Assembly (NCBI GenBank): GCA_963665115.1
Contig: OY762007.1
Span: 1,696,001 to 1,760,000, forward strand
Length of the DNA stretch: 64,000 nt
Origin: an uncultured Rivularia sp.
GTDB taxonomy: Bacteria; Cyanobacteriota; Cyanobacteriia; Cyanobacteriales; Nostocaceae
Direction: 5' to 3'
The notes beneath the pieces are model-generated. The model made no database searches. It had not been told where the DNA came from and was given only the letters and a program-made list of their open reading frames with translations. Positions 42,241 to 53,008 of the stretch are shown one piece after another (the first letter of the stretch is position 1; each line of letters starts with the position of its first letter). Both the position numbers and the translations under genes were made by a program.

Positions 42241-43152
42241 TTGTACGAGATTGTAAAACGATTAGATGGAAGAACGCTAAAAGCATTTTTTCTAAATTCA
42301 TTGTCACAAATTATGAATCTATCTAATACTCTGAAACCAGTAGAAAGTAACCGTTCAAAAAGGATTGTTTATCCAAATCGTAATTTAAAAATACCAAACA
42401 CGACTTTATCTAGGTGGCGATGGAGACATCATTATTGGACAACTTATCGACTTCCAGACGGTACGAAAGTAATGAGCGCTCGTCAAACCGCACGATTAGT
42501 AGGACAATTGAAAGCGGATGTTATAGATTTTGTGCAATCCAATAATTTAGAAACAATCGATGTCAAAATTCCTTCTCAAGTTGTTATTAATGCAATTACT
42601 TTACCCGCAATCGCAACTTATTTACAGCATCTTCTCGAAGGAGGTAAATTAAAGCATCATCGATTATCTCTATGTCGTGAAGAATGGAAAGATTTTATAG
42701 ACGGATTAAATTTTAGATCGCAGAAAGACTTTGTTTTACCAAATCCCTGCTTTTTTAAAAGTAGTTCTTTAGTAAAAAGAGCAAATCCAATTAAAATTCA
42801 ACTTAACGATGAGATTAATTTGGAAGTTTTGGTGTTAGCAACTGGAGAATATCGGATTTCATATGCACAGGGATTGCAGTGTATTGAAATGAATTATGAT
42901 TGGTTGATGGACAATTCACCTAAAAAAGCTAGAATGCTTTCTAAAATGGGGATATCTCACCAAGCTATCGAATGTCGATTTATTACTGAACTTGGAGTAG
43001 TACAAGTGCATACTTTTAGTTGTAATGATTGGCTCAGAATATGGGAGCATTTCGCGAAGAAGAGCAATAAAACTGCTATCAAGGTTTTGAAAGCTTGTGC
43101 GGAAGAGAATATTTCGACGAGGGTTGAGAAGGTTCTGTCTATTGATTTATAA
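42241..43152 (+). CDS. Hypothetical protein (two related, possibly DNA-binding domains)
   Basis: YRLPDGTKVMS and VLATGEYRIS segments. Confidence 0.55.
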   Translation: MYEIVKRLDGRTLKAFFLNSLSQIMNLSNTLKPVESNRSKRIVYPNRNLKIPNTTLSRWRWRHHYWTTYRLPDGTKVMSARQTARLVGQLKADVIDFVQSNNLETIDVKIPSQVVINAITLPAIATYLQHLLEGGKLKHHRLSLCREEWKDFIDGLNFRSQKDFVLPNPCFFKSSSLVKRANPIKIQLNDEINLEVLVLATGEYRISYAQGLQCIEMNYDWLMDNSPKKARMLSKMGISHQAIECRFITELGVVQVHTFSCNDWLRIWEHFAKKSNKTAIKVLKACAEENISTRVEKVLSIDL

Positions 43153-43240
43153 GTTATTGATAGAAAAGTAGTATGGTATTTTTGAAGAGCTTAAAGATTA
43201 AAAATGACGTGCTTGAGGTAGCTATTGTTAGTTAATAGTG

Positions 43241-43785
43241 TTATTCAACATTTTTCAAAGTTATATTAGATGGATTTTTTAAAATAAAAGCATCATTCTC
43301 TTTAATCAAATCGCCTTGACAAGTGATTGTTAAGCGTTCTTGATAAGCCTTAATTGCTAAAATATAATCGTGTTTTTTAAATTCAGCTTTTATTTTTCTT
43401 AGCTTATCAACTACTACACCCATCAAGGTTACTTCACCATCCAAATGTTTCGACAATGGTTCGTCAATTTGTATCACAACACCTTGAACGGTAACGTTAT
43501 GAATAATAGTAATAAGTTCGCTGGTGGATATCAAGCTGAGAACGATTCTCTACTTTTTCTAAAATTTCCATAACTTCATACATACGGCGCGGGTAGTCAT
43601 CAAAAGTAGGGTCTAATGGTAAATAAATTTTCAATTTGTCGTCGGAGAAAGTATCTCTAGTCCATCCCGATACTTCATTGGGTACGCGAGTCCTTTCATG
43701 CCAACCTTTAGACTTTAGATAACTTGCAACTTGACATGGTTCGTGCATAGTTAAGTATTTCAACATCATTAACGATTGCTTTCAT
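43241..43785 (-). pseudogene. Hypothetical gene split by frameshifts near 43745 and 43526
   Basis: The overlapping ORFs join into MKAIVNDVEIL...EPCQVASYL...RSQLDITSELI. Confidence 0.55.
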
Positions 43786-43887
43786 AACTGACCTTAAATA
43801 CATAAAATAACTATCGAACAGAATATAATTTTAATTGGAGTATTTTGTTTAATTTGTATTAATAAAAACTAAAATTAATATATGTTT

Positions 43888-44388
43888 TTACTGTAATAAC
43901 TTTAAAATCTCCTTCACCGGTGCTTTACTTTCTTCCAATTGCTGGACTTGGGGTAGTAATCGCTTGGGAATATAAGTACTTTTGGAAATTACTTTTTCGC
44001 CACTTTTTAGCTGCCAATCATACCAAGCCTGTTGGTACTGTTTACCATTCTTCTTGGTAAGTATTCGCATCTGAATTCTGCCAGTACCGTCACCTTTACA
44101 CCGACGTATGTTTAAAGATGGCTGATAAGACCTGATTGATTGACTTTCTAACTCTGTAAGGATAGAAATATCTGAGACTTGAAACCAGGCAATCTTAACA
44201 TTACCTGTATTCGCTAATTCTCTACACCGCTCATGCCGAAACCATCTGCTATTGAGATTTACTGTTGAGCCAATATAGAGAATTTGTTTATTTTCACTGA
44301 TTACAAAGTAAATAGCTGCACATTTAGGTAAAGCCCTATTCCAAGTTAACGGCAATGACGGAAGCTTGAATGGGTCTATAATATTCAT
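43888..44388 (-). CDS. GIY-YIG nuclease with a basic C-terminal domain
   Basis: AIYFV...LYIGSTVNLNSRW...H...E...PSLN. Confidence 0.85.
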   Translation of the reverse strand: MNIIDPFKLPSLPLTWNRALPKCAAIYFVISENKQILYIGSTVNLNSRWFRHERCRELANTGNVKIAWFQVSDISILTELESQSIRSYQPSLNIRRCKGDGTGRIQMRILTKKNGKQYQQAWYDWQLKSGEKVISKSTYIPKRLLPQVQQLEESKAPVKEILKLLQ

Positions 44389-44703
44389 TTTGAAAAGGAT
44401 TTTAAATACAGTTTTTTAAATAGTTATCGAGAATTAAAAAATCGATAAAACTATATATTAATTTTACTATAAATAACCTGAAAATAAATATTAGCAGTTG
44501 AAATACATCTAAGTTTATGGCAACTTAAATCGATCTATTTTTAGGATATTTATTAACAGTGATAGTGGTCTAAGATGCACGCTAATTTTGGGTAATAAAC
44601 CAGCAATTATAATATTTATTTCACTGGAGCCTTCGCCTAATTTAATTTAATTATTCGCTCTCAAAGTAAGCAGCGAAAGCAAAATAATTTAATATTTTAA
44701 TAA

Positions 44704-47028
44704 CTACAGGTTTATTCCCAACAACTGTAATATTCCCCTTATTGGTTCTTTTTGTGCCTCCAACATCTGCACCTGGGATAATAACCTTTTTGGAATATAA
44801 GTACTTTTAGAAATTGTTTTTTCACCACTTTTTAGCTGCCAGTCGTACCACGGTTGCTGGTACTGTTTACCATTTTTCTTAGTAATAGTCCTCCAGTGTA
44901 TTCTACCTGTGCCTTCGCCGTAACTTCTTCGAGTAGTACTACCGGTTCGCTCAACAGGTAGCACTGGTGATGAGTTTTTCTCCAACTGAGTACTACCGGT
45001 TCGCTCAACAGGTAGTACCGATGATGAGTGTTGCTCCGACTGAGTACTACCGGTTCGCTCAACAGGTAGTACCGATGGTGAGTATTCCTCTAACTGAGTA
45101 CTACCTGTTCCAACAGGTAGTACTGATGGTGAGTTTTCCTCTAACTGAGTACTACCGGTTCCAACAGGTAGTACTGGTGGTGAGTGTTCCTCCGACTGAG
45201 TACTACCGGTTCGCTCAACAGGTAGTACCAATGGTGAGCGTTCCTTTAACTGAGTACTACCGGTTCGCTCAACAGGTAGTACCAATGGTGAGCGTTCCTT
45301 TAACTGAGTACTACCGGTTCGCTCAACAGGTAGTACCAATGGTGAGCGTTCCTCCAACTGAGTACTACCGGTTCGCTCAACAGGTAGTACCGATGATGAG
45401 TTTTCCTCCGAGTGAGTACTACCGGTTCGCTCAACAGGTAGTACTGATGATGAGTTTTCCTCCGAGTGAGTACTACCGGTTCCAACAGGTAGTACTGGTG
45501 GTGAGTGTTCCTCTGAGTGAGTACTACCGGTTCCAACAGGTAGTACTGGTGGTGAGTGTTCCTCTGAGTGAGTACTACCGGTTCCAACAGGTAGTACTGT
45601 ATCCTGGGTAGAAACATTTTTGTTAACCCACATAGATGCTGGTGGATAAACCACACCATAAGGGTCAAACACTTCCTTAAACCTTTCCCAATTTTCACCC
45701 CAGTAAACCAGACAGTGCGATTGCCGAGCTGATAATTTTGGCTTGTAACTCGTATCAAGAAATTTAATCCGACCAGTCCAAAAACAAACGGGTTGAGATT
45801 TCAGTAGTGGAGATAGCCACTTAGTATCCGTAGCAGCAGGAACTAGTGCGATAGCTTCCGTTACCCTTCCCGATTCAAATTCAGCTTGCAACTTTTTTAT
45901 CCACACACTTGGCGCAGAGTAGGGAGGATTCATAAATATACGTCCGTTCCACTCTTGAATTAAACCGTCATCAAGAACTGTGTAGTGCTGCGCTGCTCTT
46001 ATGTGCTTACCTTCATCCGCGCAAGGGTCAAGAGTAATTTGTCCAAGCACCTGAGTAACAAGATCAGACATATGAGGTGGAGTGTACCATTCGTCTGATG
46101 ATAATGATTTATTGCTAAGAGATCCCTGTCCCCTACTCCCTGCATTAGATTTTAAATAATCTTCTGATGGAATAGGAGTAGTTGTTTCCTGAGTCTTTAT
46201 TAATTCTGCTATTTCAGGATTAGATGGGAGAGTATCAACAGAAATATTGAATAGTCCTTGCTTACCCTTAACAGCAAACGGTTCTGTTATTGGTTGAATA
46301 TTTTCCAACTTCCATGCATAACGTCCAACTTCCCAATCACCACTCTTTATTTCTGTTTCTGATTGCTGGGTAATAAGCGAGGGTGTTATAGGGATGCAAT
46401 CTACTAAATCGCAAACGGCGATCGCCTTCCCACATGGAAAATTAATTTCGTTCCAATCTGGTAATTCGACGCTACTGCAAATCTTCCAATACTGTTGATA
46501 TTGCTTTTTAGTAAGTTTGGCTGTGGAGCAAATTAATAGCTTACCTCTATAATTGGTTTTCCAGCTTCTAGTCTCATACTGTTTTATACCCAAAGCAATC
46601 AATGAGCAATAAGGCTGCCATAAACTGATTGCTTTCAAGGAATGATTAAATAATCTAAGGCCAGATTCTTGCTCCCGTTGAATCGAGCTTCGAGGAGTTG
46701 GGGTTAATTCTTCTGTATCTGCTGATTTGACCGTTATAGATTCAGAAAATTTTGAATCAGATTGCTCAAATAAACTTTTGTTTTGAGGAGCTACAGTTTC
46801 GTCTTCCTCTCCCAAAACTTTGTTTTGCTCGATTTTGGGAAGACTGTGACCGTCTGGTTCATCCCAAGCAGGGTCATAAAAAACTTTATCCCAGTCGCGT
46901 TGAGTGCCTTGTTTTTCAAAGTCCTGATATAATTCAATGTCAAAAAGAGTTGTCATTTTGATATCTTCCTTACGGATGAATCCTCTACCAACTAGGAGCA
47001 AACACACTTGATTCTTAAATAGAAGCAA
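44704..47028 (-). CDS. ASCH domain + N6-adenine DNA methyltransferase (phage Dam-like) + repeat linker + C-terminal domain
   Basis: ISLWQPY..GIKQYETRSW (ASCH); DEWYTP, LDPCA and FMNPPYS (MTase). Confidence 0.88.
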   Translation of the reverse strand: MLLFKNQVCLLLVGRGFIRKEDIKMTTLFDIELYQDFEKQGTQRDWDKVFYDPAWDEPDGHSLPKIEQNKVLGEEDETVAPQNKSLFEQSDSKFSESITVKSADTEELTPTPRSSIQREQESGLRLFNHSLKAISLWQPYCSLIALGIKQYETRSWKTNYRGKLLICSTAKLTKKQYQQYWKICSSVELPDWNEINFPCGKAIAVCDLVDCIPITPSLITQQSETEIKSGDWEVGRYAWKLENIQPITEPFAVKGKQGLFNISVDTLPSNPEIAELIKTQETTTPIPSEDYLKSNAGSRGQGSLSNKSLSSDEWYTPPHMSDLVTQVLGQITLDPCADEGKHIRAAQHYTVLDDGLIQEWNGRIFMNPPYSAPSVWIKKLQAEFESGRVTEAIALVPAATDTKWLSPLLKSQPVCFWTGRIKFLDTSYKPKLSARQSHCLVYWGENWERFKEVFDPYGVVYPPASMWVNKNVSTQDTVLPVGTGSTHSEEHSPPVLPVGTGSTHSEEHSPPVLPVGTGSTHSEENSSSVLPVERTGSTHSEENSSSVLPVERTGSTQLEERSPLVLPVERTGSTQLKERSPLVLPVERTGSTQLKERSPLVLPVERTGSTQSEEHSPPVLPVGTGSTQLEENSPSVLPVGTGSTQLEEYSPSVLPVERTGSTQSEQHSSSVLPVERTGSTQLEKNSSPVLPVERTGSTTRRSYGEGTGRIHWRTITKKNGKQYQQPWYDWQLKSGEKTISKSTYIPKRLLSQVQMLEAQKEPIRGILQLLGINL
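44934..45598. repeat. 13 tandem 51/54-bp coding repeats, each with a hairpin
   Basis: GTACTACC-GGTT(CGCT/C)CAACA-GGTAGTAC core encoding VLPV(G/ER)TGST. Confidence 0.95.
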
Positions 47029-47242
47029 AAATAAGAGCTATTGCTATATAGCCGTCAACTATTTAACTTGATATTTTTTAGTTCGGGAGAATATGCTTTC
47101 TTTATTGCGCTTAGTCGCAATACGAAGTCGCAACCTGCTTAATCTGGTAGCATTAAATTATTCGCCGAGAATCTCTATTGTGAGTTAGCTACTTATAGAA
47201 TTATATAATTAAACGGTTAAAAATTATATTTATTATATAAAG

Positions 47243-47590
47243 ATGGATTACAGAAAAGCTTTTATTCAAACACTGAAAAAATTTGGTATACCTGCAAAAT
47301 CTTTGGCACTTAGTAGTGGAGTACAAGAATGTCAGATTAGCCAATTTAGGAAAGGTAAAGATTTGATGGCTGAAACTCTTTTCAACTTGATAGCTGCACT
47401 ACCAAGTGATGCAAAGATTTATTACTTTTCTCTTTTAAATGGGGAGTCAATGTTAGACACGGTTGATTTGCGATCGCTAATTGGTTCGATGTCGATAGAG
47501 CGCAAGTCTGAGGTATTGAATTTAATTGCTAATTCCTTAGTAGAAAATCAAGCGAAAACTGAATCTGCTTCACTAATACAAGCGGTATAG
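47243..47590 (+). CDS. XRE-type HTH regulator
   Basis: AKSLALSSGVQECQISQFRKGK; divergent from the MTase gene. Confidence 0.75.
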   Translation: MDYRKAFIQTLKKFGIPAKSLALSSGVQECQISQFRKGKDLMAETLFNLIAALPSDAKIYYFSLLNGESMLDTVDLRSLIGSMSIERKSEVLNLIANSLVENQAKTESASLIQAV

Positions 47591-47625
47591 GTTATTAGAG
47601 CTAGCTATTGTTTATAGTTATAATC

Positions 47626-49228
47626 TTATACCGCATCGCCCCAAAAGGAAGTAATAGCAGGGGCAAACACCGACGTATCTTCACTACTAGCAGGTTGTGA
47701 AAAATACTTAGCACGGTTGGCAATAGCCAAAATTCTATCAGTATCCCTGACATACAACGGCACCATCGAGTCCCGTTGTTCCAATAATTCATTCAAACTA
47801 ATATTCATTTTAAGCCCCTGGTGAAACAATTTGCGAGCAGCTTTCTCCACCATCCGAGCTAATTCCGCACCAGTACAGTTAACAGTATTATTCAGAATAA
47901 TCCGCCATTCCTTCTGTGTAAGCACATCACTATCCTTATAGCGCTTATCAAATCTTGCCAAATGCATCATCAAAATTTCCTTACGCTCGTAAGCTTGAGG
48001 GAATCCCACATAAAATATTTCATCAAATCTTCCCATCCTGGTTAACTCAGGTGGTAACACATCAATTCTATTGAGAGTCGCAACCACAAACACCGCAGTT
48101 TTTTTATCCTGCAACCAAGTAAGTAGAGTTCCTAAAATCTGTGTAGAATTAGTATCTTCCCCACCTGTATCTGAGGTAGAAAACAATTTATCCAACTCAT
48201 CAAAATAAAGCACTACAGGAGCGCAAGCTTCTACCCGTTTTAAAGTACGCTTCAAATACGTAGCACCACCGCTTACAAAGGCTGCGGTATCTATACTGAC
48301 AAGAGGAAAACCCAGAACAGAAGCACAGACATTTGCAGCAAGAGTTTTACCAGTTCCAGGTGGTCCCTACTAACAAACATCCCTTGGGAAGAGGAATATT
48401 CGCTTTCCTAGCTTCCGTCGAAAAATCTAGCTTCGCTTGGAGGGTGAACTTCTTGAATAAATCTAAACCGCCGAAATCAGGTACGCTTGGCTTTGAAACA
48501 AAATTCAAATTCAAAGAACGAAAACGATAAATCTTGTAAGCTAAAAGTTGTTTTAATAAGTCATGAATATTTGTTGTCTCTTCAGGACGAATAGCAATTT
48601 TTAATCCCAAGCGAATTTCTTCAATAGTCAGACCAGAAGCAGCATTTACTAGGCTCGATATATTAGTTTTGTCCGTCAAACATGGTAACTCTTTTTTGAG
48701 GTAATCAGCGATATCCTTCTCAGAAGGTAATGGATTGTATAAAGTTGGAATTAAACTAGCAAGAGTTGAGGGTATTTCAACATTATCTGTGGTCAAAATG
48801 ATTAGTTTTTTGAAGAAACTATTATTTTCAAGTTCATAGTAGATATTAATGATTTTTGATATGAGTTTATGAGAAAAAAAATTATCTTCTTTTGACGCAT
48901 CATTTCCTAAAGAGAATAGATTTTCAAAGACAAATATTCCTTCTCTTTCAGAATCCATTAAAAACTCAAAAACATCAAAAACATCTAGGTCGTGCTTGCA
49001 TAAACAACTAGAATGTATAGCTTCAAAATCTACTTTATCTTCCGAATTACAATTTACTTGTTCCATGCATCCCCAGCCAGAATTCCATAAATATACAGGA
49101 ACATTTTTTAGAGAAGCACTGTTTCTTATAATCGACCCTAAAACAGTTGCACGTTCTCTGGTTGAAGCAGTTACGTTAATTACAGGAACACCTGAATCAA
49201 TCAATACGTTTAAATAAGATAATTCCAT
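47626..49228 (-). pseudogene. AAA+ ATPase (Ycf46-like) with one +1 frameshift in Walker A near 48366
   Basis: Removing one G restores VGPPGTGKT; LYFDELDK and PPELTRMGRFD motifs. Confidence 0.85.
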
Positions 49229-49232
49229 GTTA

Positions 49233-49401
49233 GAAGGCAGGAGGTAAAGGGCAGAGGGCAGGAGGTAAGAAGATAAATAAATATCTTAAAACTTCCTACA
49301 GAAAATATGCACGAAGAATACTTGTATAATTAGCTGACCATTATTAATAGTTATTCCATCATTAATTCCCTCCTGCCTTCTGCCACCTGCCTACTGCCTT
49401 C
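49233..49401. repeat. Inverted pair of 5x heptamer arms (GGAGGCA/TGCCTCC)
   Basis: Arms at 49233-49267 and 49367-49401. Confidence 0.85.
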
Positions 49402-50754
49402 GACCTGTGACGGTTGCAGCTTTGGTAAGATTTGTTCAAAATACGTTAAATCTTTCTGACTCATATTACTTTTGAGCTTTCCCCCATCCTTTTCTAACAA
49501 CACACCACGTCCATCTTTAGCTTCAATATGCACGTTTCCTTCCGGACTAGCTCGCCATTTATAGGAAAAAACACCATCTATTTCAACTTCTTTTTGTTGA
49601 GCTATAGCATATTGCACCAGAGCATTAGTCACTCTTTCTACGCTCTTAAAATACTCAGCTTCTTGTTTACCTATAGGAGTAAAGGTTGTAGGTAGAGGTT
49701 CATTTTTCTTAAGAGAATGTTGTAAAGTACTAATGTCTTGAATTTCTGTACTATCCAAATTTCCTTTCTCAACTTTCAAGCCTAAAGGAGTTGAACGGAA
49801 CTGCATTAATAGTTTCCCTGTTGAAGAGTTGGATACTTCATACTTTGTACCTTGACGGGAAATTTGGTATTCTCCAGCAGTATATTGATTTACTCCGGGT
49901 TGCGTTTGGAGATGAAATAAAGTTTTTAGGGATGCAGCACCCTTATGTTGTACGGAATTTTCTTTGAATTCTCGTATCCCTAGTTTAATAGCAGAAGTCA
50001 CGCCTTGAACGACAGTTGAAACATTGTTAACAGCTTGTTGCCACCATGAAGTATTTTTGGGTTGCCGTAACCTTTGTTCAATTAGTTCTTGATAAAAATG
50101 ACGTTCTTGTTCTAATGCTTTTAACTCAGTTTTTAACTGTTCAACTTCAGCCAGTAAGATATTTTTTAAAGGACTATCTTCTAAAAATTGAAGTGACTCT
50201 TTAACTCGTGTTGAGCCATTAGTAAGTGGTAAATTTGCATCCTCTTTAACTGAAGATGGATGATTATTTGATTCAGCGTTTATAAAATCACCTTCATGAA
50301 TTTGGTTTAAGTCTTGACGCTCTTTAACATAATTATTTTCTTTGACAACTTCTGGTTTATTTTGACTTAGATTTGTCTCAGCACCGATTAAATTATTTAC
50401 AAGTACTTTACCACTTTCATCACTCTGTAAAATAACTTGTCCGTTTAATTCAACTCTTTTATTATTTACTCCTTCTAGGACATCACCAACAGGTGTAGAG
50501 CGTAATTGTTGAAGTTCGCTAATTAATTGAGGATTTAAAAGCTGTCCCGATATCCCAGAAATTTCGTCTCTAAATTGATTATTATCTCGTCCGTAAACTA
50601 ACCTATCACCATCAAATATTTTTAAGTCTTGTCGCTGATTATCTCCCAAATTTTTAACATCTAGTAACGTTCGTAATAAAGTTTCAATTATCTGCTCGTA
50701 ATGCTGTTGAATAGCAGTTGCATCTCCGGAGTTTAATGTAAATATATCACTCAT
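49351..50754 (-). CDS. Hypothetical protein in the transfer region
   Basis: 467-aa ORF in the operon. Confidence 0.75.
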   Translation of the reverse strand: MSDIFTLNSGDATAIQQHYEQIIETLLRTLLDVKNLGDNQRQDLKIFDGDRLVYGRDNNQFRDEISGISGQLLNPQLISELQQLRSTPVGDVLEGVNNKRVELNGQVILQSDESGKVLVNNLIGAETNLSQNKPEVVKENNYVKERQDLNQIHEGDFINAESNNHPSSVKEDANLPLTNGSTRVKESLQFLEDSPLKNILLAEVEQLKTELKALEQERHFYQELIEQRLRQPKNTSWWQQAVNNVSTVVQGVTSAIKLGIREFKENSVQHKGAASLKTLFHLQTQPGVNQYTAGEYQISRQGTKYEVSNSSTGKLLMQFRSTPLGLKVEKGNLDSTEIQDISTLQHSLKKNEPLPTTFTPIGKQEAEYFKSVERVTNALVQYAIAQQKEVEIDGVFSYKWRASPEGNVHIEAKDGRGVLLEKDGGKLKSNMSQKDLTYFEQILPKLQPSQVEGSRQVAEGRRELMME

Positions 50755-51122
50755 TGTGTTAACTCCTCATGCATTGGCATACGATTCAGAAGAATCTTTT
50801 CATCCAAATAAAAAATTGCTAATTCTCCATCGAACATCCAAGCTATAAACTGACTCTCCTGATTACTATTTCTCACACATTCATAGCATCCAAATTTATT
50901 AATCCTGCCAGCTAATAAGCCATACTGGTCAAATATTTCTATAACAAAAGGACAGTAACCTGTTTCAAACAATGGTTTTTTTATAGCTTCAATTAACGTT
51001 TTATGCCATGAAGGATAATTCATTAAAATAGATGAAATATCTGGACTAAAATTTGTAGAAGAGGCAGGAGGCAGAGGGCAGGAGGCAGAAGGTATAGTAC
51101 TTGTTTTATTAGATATATTCAT
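50751..51122 (-). CDS. Hypothetical protein
   Basis: ORF overlapping the next start codon (ATGA). Confidence 0.6.
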   Translation of the reverse strand: MNISNKTSTIPSASCPLPPASSTNFSPDISSILMNYPSWHKTLIEAIKKPLFETGYCPFVIEIFDQYGLLAGRINKFGCYECVRNSNQESQFIAWMFDGELAIFYLDEKILLNRMPMHEELTQ

Positions 51123-51307
51123 TTATTTAACCTTAAGTAAAAGACATAGTTGATAATTTTTAGTTCTTGTAAAGTGAGGTTATTTAAGTCCCGTTACTAC
51201 ATTGGATTTACAGTTTGGATTTAAGGTATTAACATTTGGTTTAAAACTTCTTTTCCTCCATCCCTCCTTCTTTCCCTCCTGCCCTCTGCCACCTGCCTCC
51301 TGCCTTC
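51060..51307. repeat. Inverted pair of 5x heptamer arms
   Basis: Arms at 51060-51094 and 51273-51307. Confidence 0.85.
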
Positions 51308-51309
51308 AT

Positions 51310-52428
51310 TTAAAACACACTCGCAAGTTCTTGAGGAGAAGGTATAGTTCCGGGTTTTTCGGGTAATGGAAATAATTTTTCTGCCAATTGAACTCTTTCT
51401 AAAAACTGATTAGAACGTTCCGAATCACTTACCTTTACAGAATTATTCTGAATCAATCTTTCTCGCAGTAAGTTCCATTTACCCTCAGACCAATTCATCT
51501 GCTGAATATCAGATAAAGGAACCTTTATTTTTTGCAACAACGGAACATAAGCCTCTGTACCCCTCTGGTAAGCTGGGTTAATAATTACCGCTTTACCAGT
51601 ACCCATTTTGGCAAACTGGGCTGGTTCTAATAAATGCCTTTTCTGATGATGCTCGTTAGTACTGCGAGAACCCCCACCTTTACCCATACTGCGAGATTTG
51701 GAATTAAACTGAATTTCCATTTCTCCTAGATAATCGCTGAACAACTTGGCTGATTCCGTATCTTGGGGGTTAAATATAAACTTAGTTGCAGTTCCCCCAA
51801 AAATAGCTCTTGTTAATTCCTTACCGTAAACTTTCTCCAACTGAGCAATATTCTGATATCCTAAAATCCCTACAAACCCATCTTCCCTATTTTCATTCAG
51901 CCAATTTACTAACGCTGGCAAGTACAAAGTTGGTAATTCGTCCAAAGCCACAATCAAAGGGTCAGAACGCGGTACGGTACGCGATACATTACGAGTCACA
52001 ATCATATGTAAGATAGCCGCAATCCCTCTTTGAGCATCAGGTACATATAAGGTTCTGTTTGGTTCTTTCAACATATGTAGTTGTCTTCTGAACGTGGCTT
52101 TAGTTTTGATTAAACCAGCATCACGCCATTGTTTTTCAAGCTTAGAAGTAATGAAAGTTGGAGTACCCACATAAAGCGCTACTGAGTTTCGGATTGGCTT
52201 GGCAATCTGAAAAGTAGCTTTATGTTTAGCCTTGTTTTTCTCGCGTTTACCTCCCCAGTAACTGGTTGCTACTTTACCTTTATGATTGCGACCGGACAGG
52301 AAGTTGAAAATGGCGATCGCCAAAAAACAGCCCATAAGAATTAACCCAGATTCTGACTTCATCAAATCCGCTAATCTTTCAATCTGTAAAGTTGGTGGTG
52401 TCGTCGTTGTCTGTCGTATTGCTGTCAT
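51310..52428 (-). pseudogene. virD4: VirD4-like coupling protein, apparently with an internal deletion (no Walker A)
   Basis: VALDELPTL, NENREDG, LGYQNIAQL and KFIFNP present; no GxxGxGKT after PDAQRGIA. Confidence 0.75.
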
Positions 52429-52985
52429 GGTTTAATTTTTTGTTCGATAGTTGTCCAACTCTCGTGGAAGTGCGTATACCTGCCAAGGTCAAAACAATAT
52501 TGGTTTTCAGATACCATTTTTTTCATCGTTGTATGTTGACTAAAAACCAGACAAGGAAAAGGTTTAAAAAAACTATCATCAACTTTTATTAACTGTTGAG
52601 GTGGTGGTAAATTTGGATTAGCAATTATTTGTAAAAGACGTTCTCCCTCCGAGCGATAAACTTCATATAAACAGCCACCGACACCACATAACTCAGGTGA
52701 ACGATAATCAAATACAAATAATTCACCACCGCTATCTAATGATATTTTCAGAACTTTGATTGATTTTTTGTCTAACTTAGTTTCTGGGAGAGAAGATTTT
52801 ACTTGTGCAAGTAGAGGTTGAGGAACAACATCAACAGCATTTTGCCAATTATATTCAAAATCTTTTACTTTTTTATTAGATGATGGTGTTTTCAGCATCC
52901 ATAATAAAATAGGAGCCGAAATAAAAAACAAAACTATACATGATATTTGAAAACAAATAATCTTTTTGCGGAGTTGTTTTTTCAT
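52425..52985 (-). CDS. Membrane-anchored hypothetical transfer-region protein
   Basis: N-terminal transmembrane segment; LCGVGGCLY. Confidence 0.7.
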   Translation of the reverse strand: MKKQLRKKIICFQISCIVLFFISAPILLWMLKTPSSNKKVKDFEYNWQNAVDVVPQPLLAQVKSSLPETKLDKKSIKVLKISLDSGGELFVFDYRSPELCGVGGCLYEVYRSEGERLLQIIANPNLPPPQQLIKVDDSFFKPFPCLVFSQHTTMKKMVSENQYCFDLGRYTHFHESWTTIEQKIKP

Positions 52986-53008
52986 ATTAAAGATAATAGT
53001 TAAATTTT

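Noticed and set aside
44934..45598. Second CRISPR array
   Set aside because: The linkers are short and related to each other, unit lengths are multiples of 3 within a CDS, and there is no leader
44832..45758. Alternative-frame ORFs over the repeat region
   Set aside because: Open only because of the repeat periodicity; no independent coding evidence
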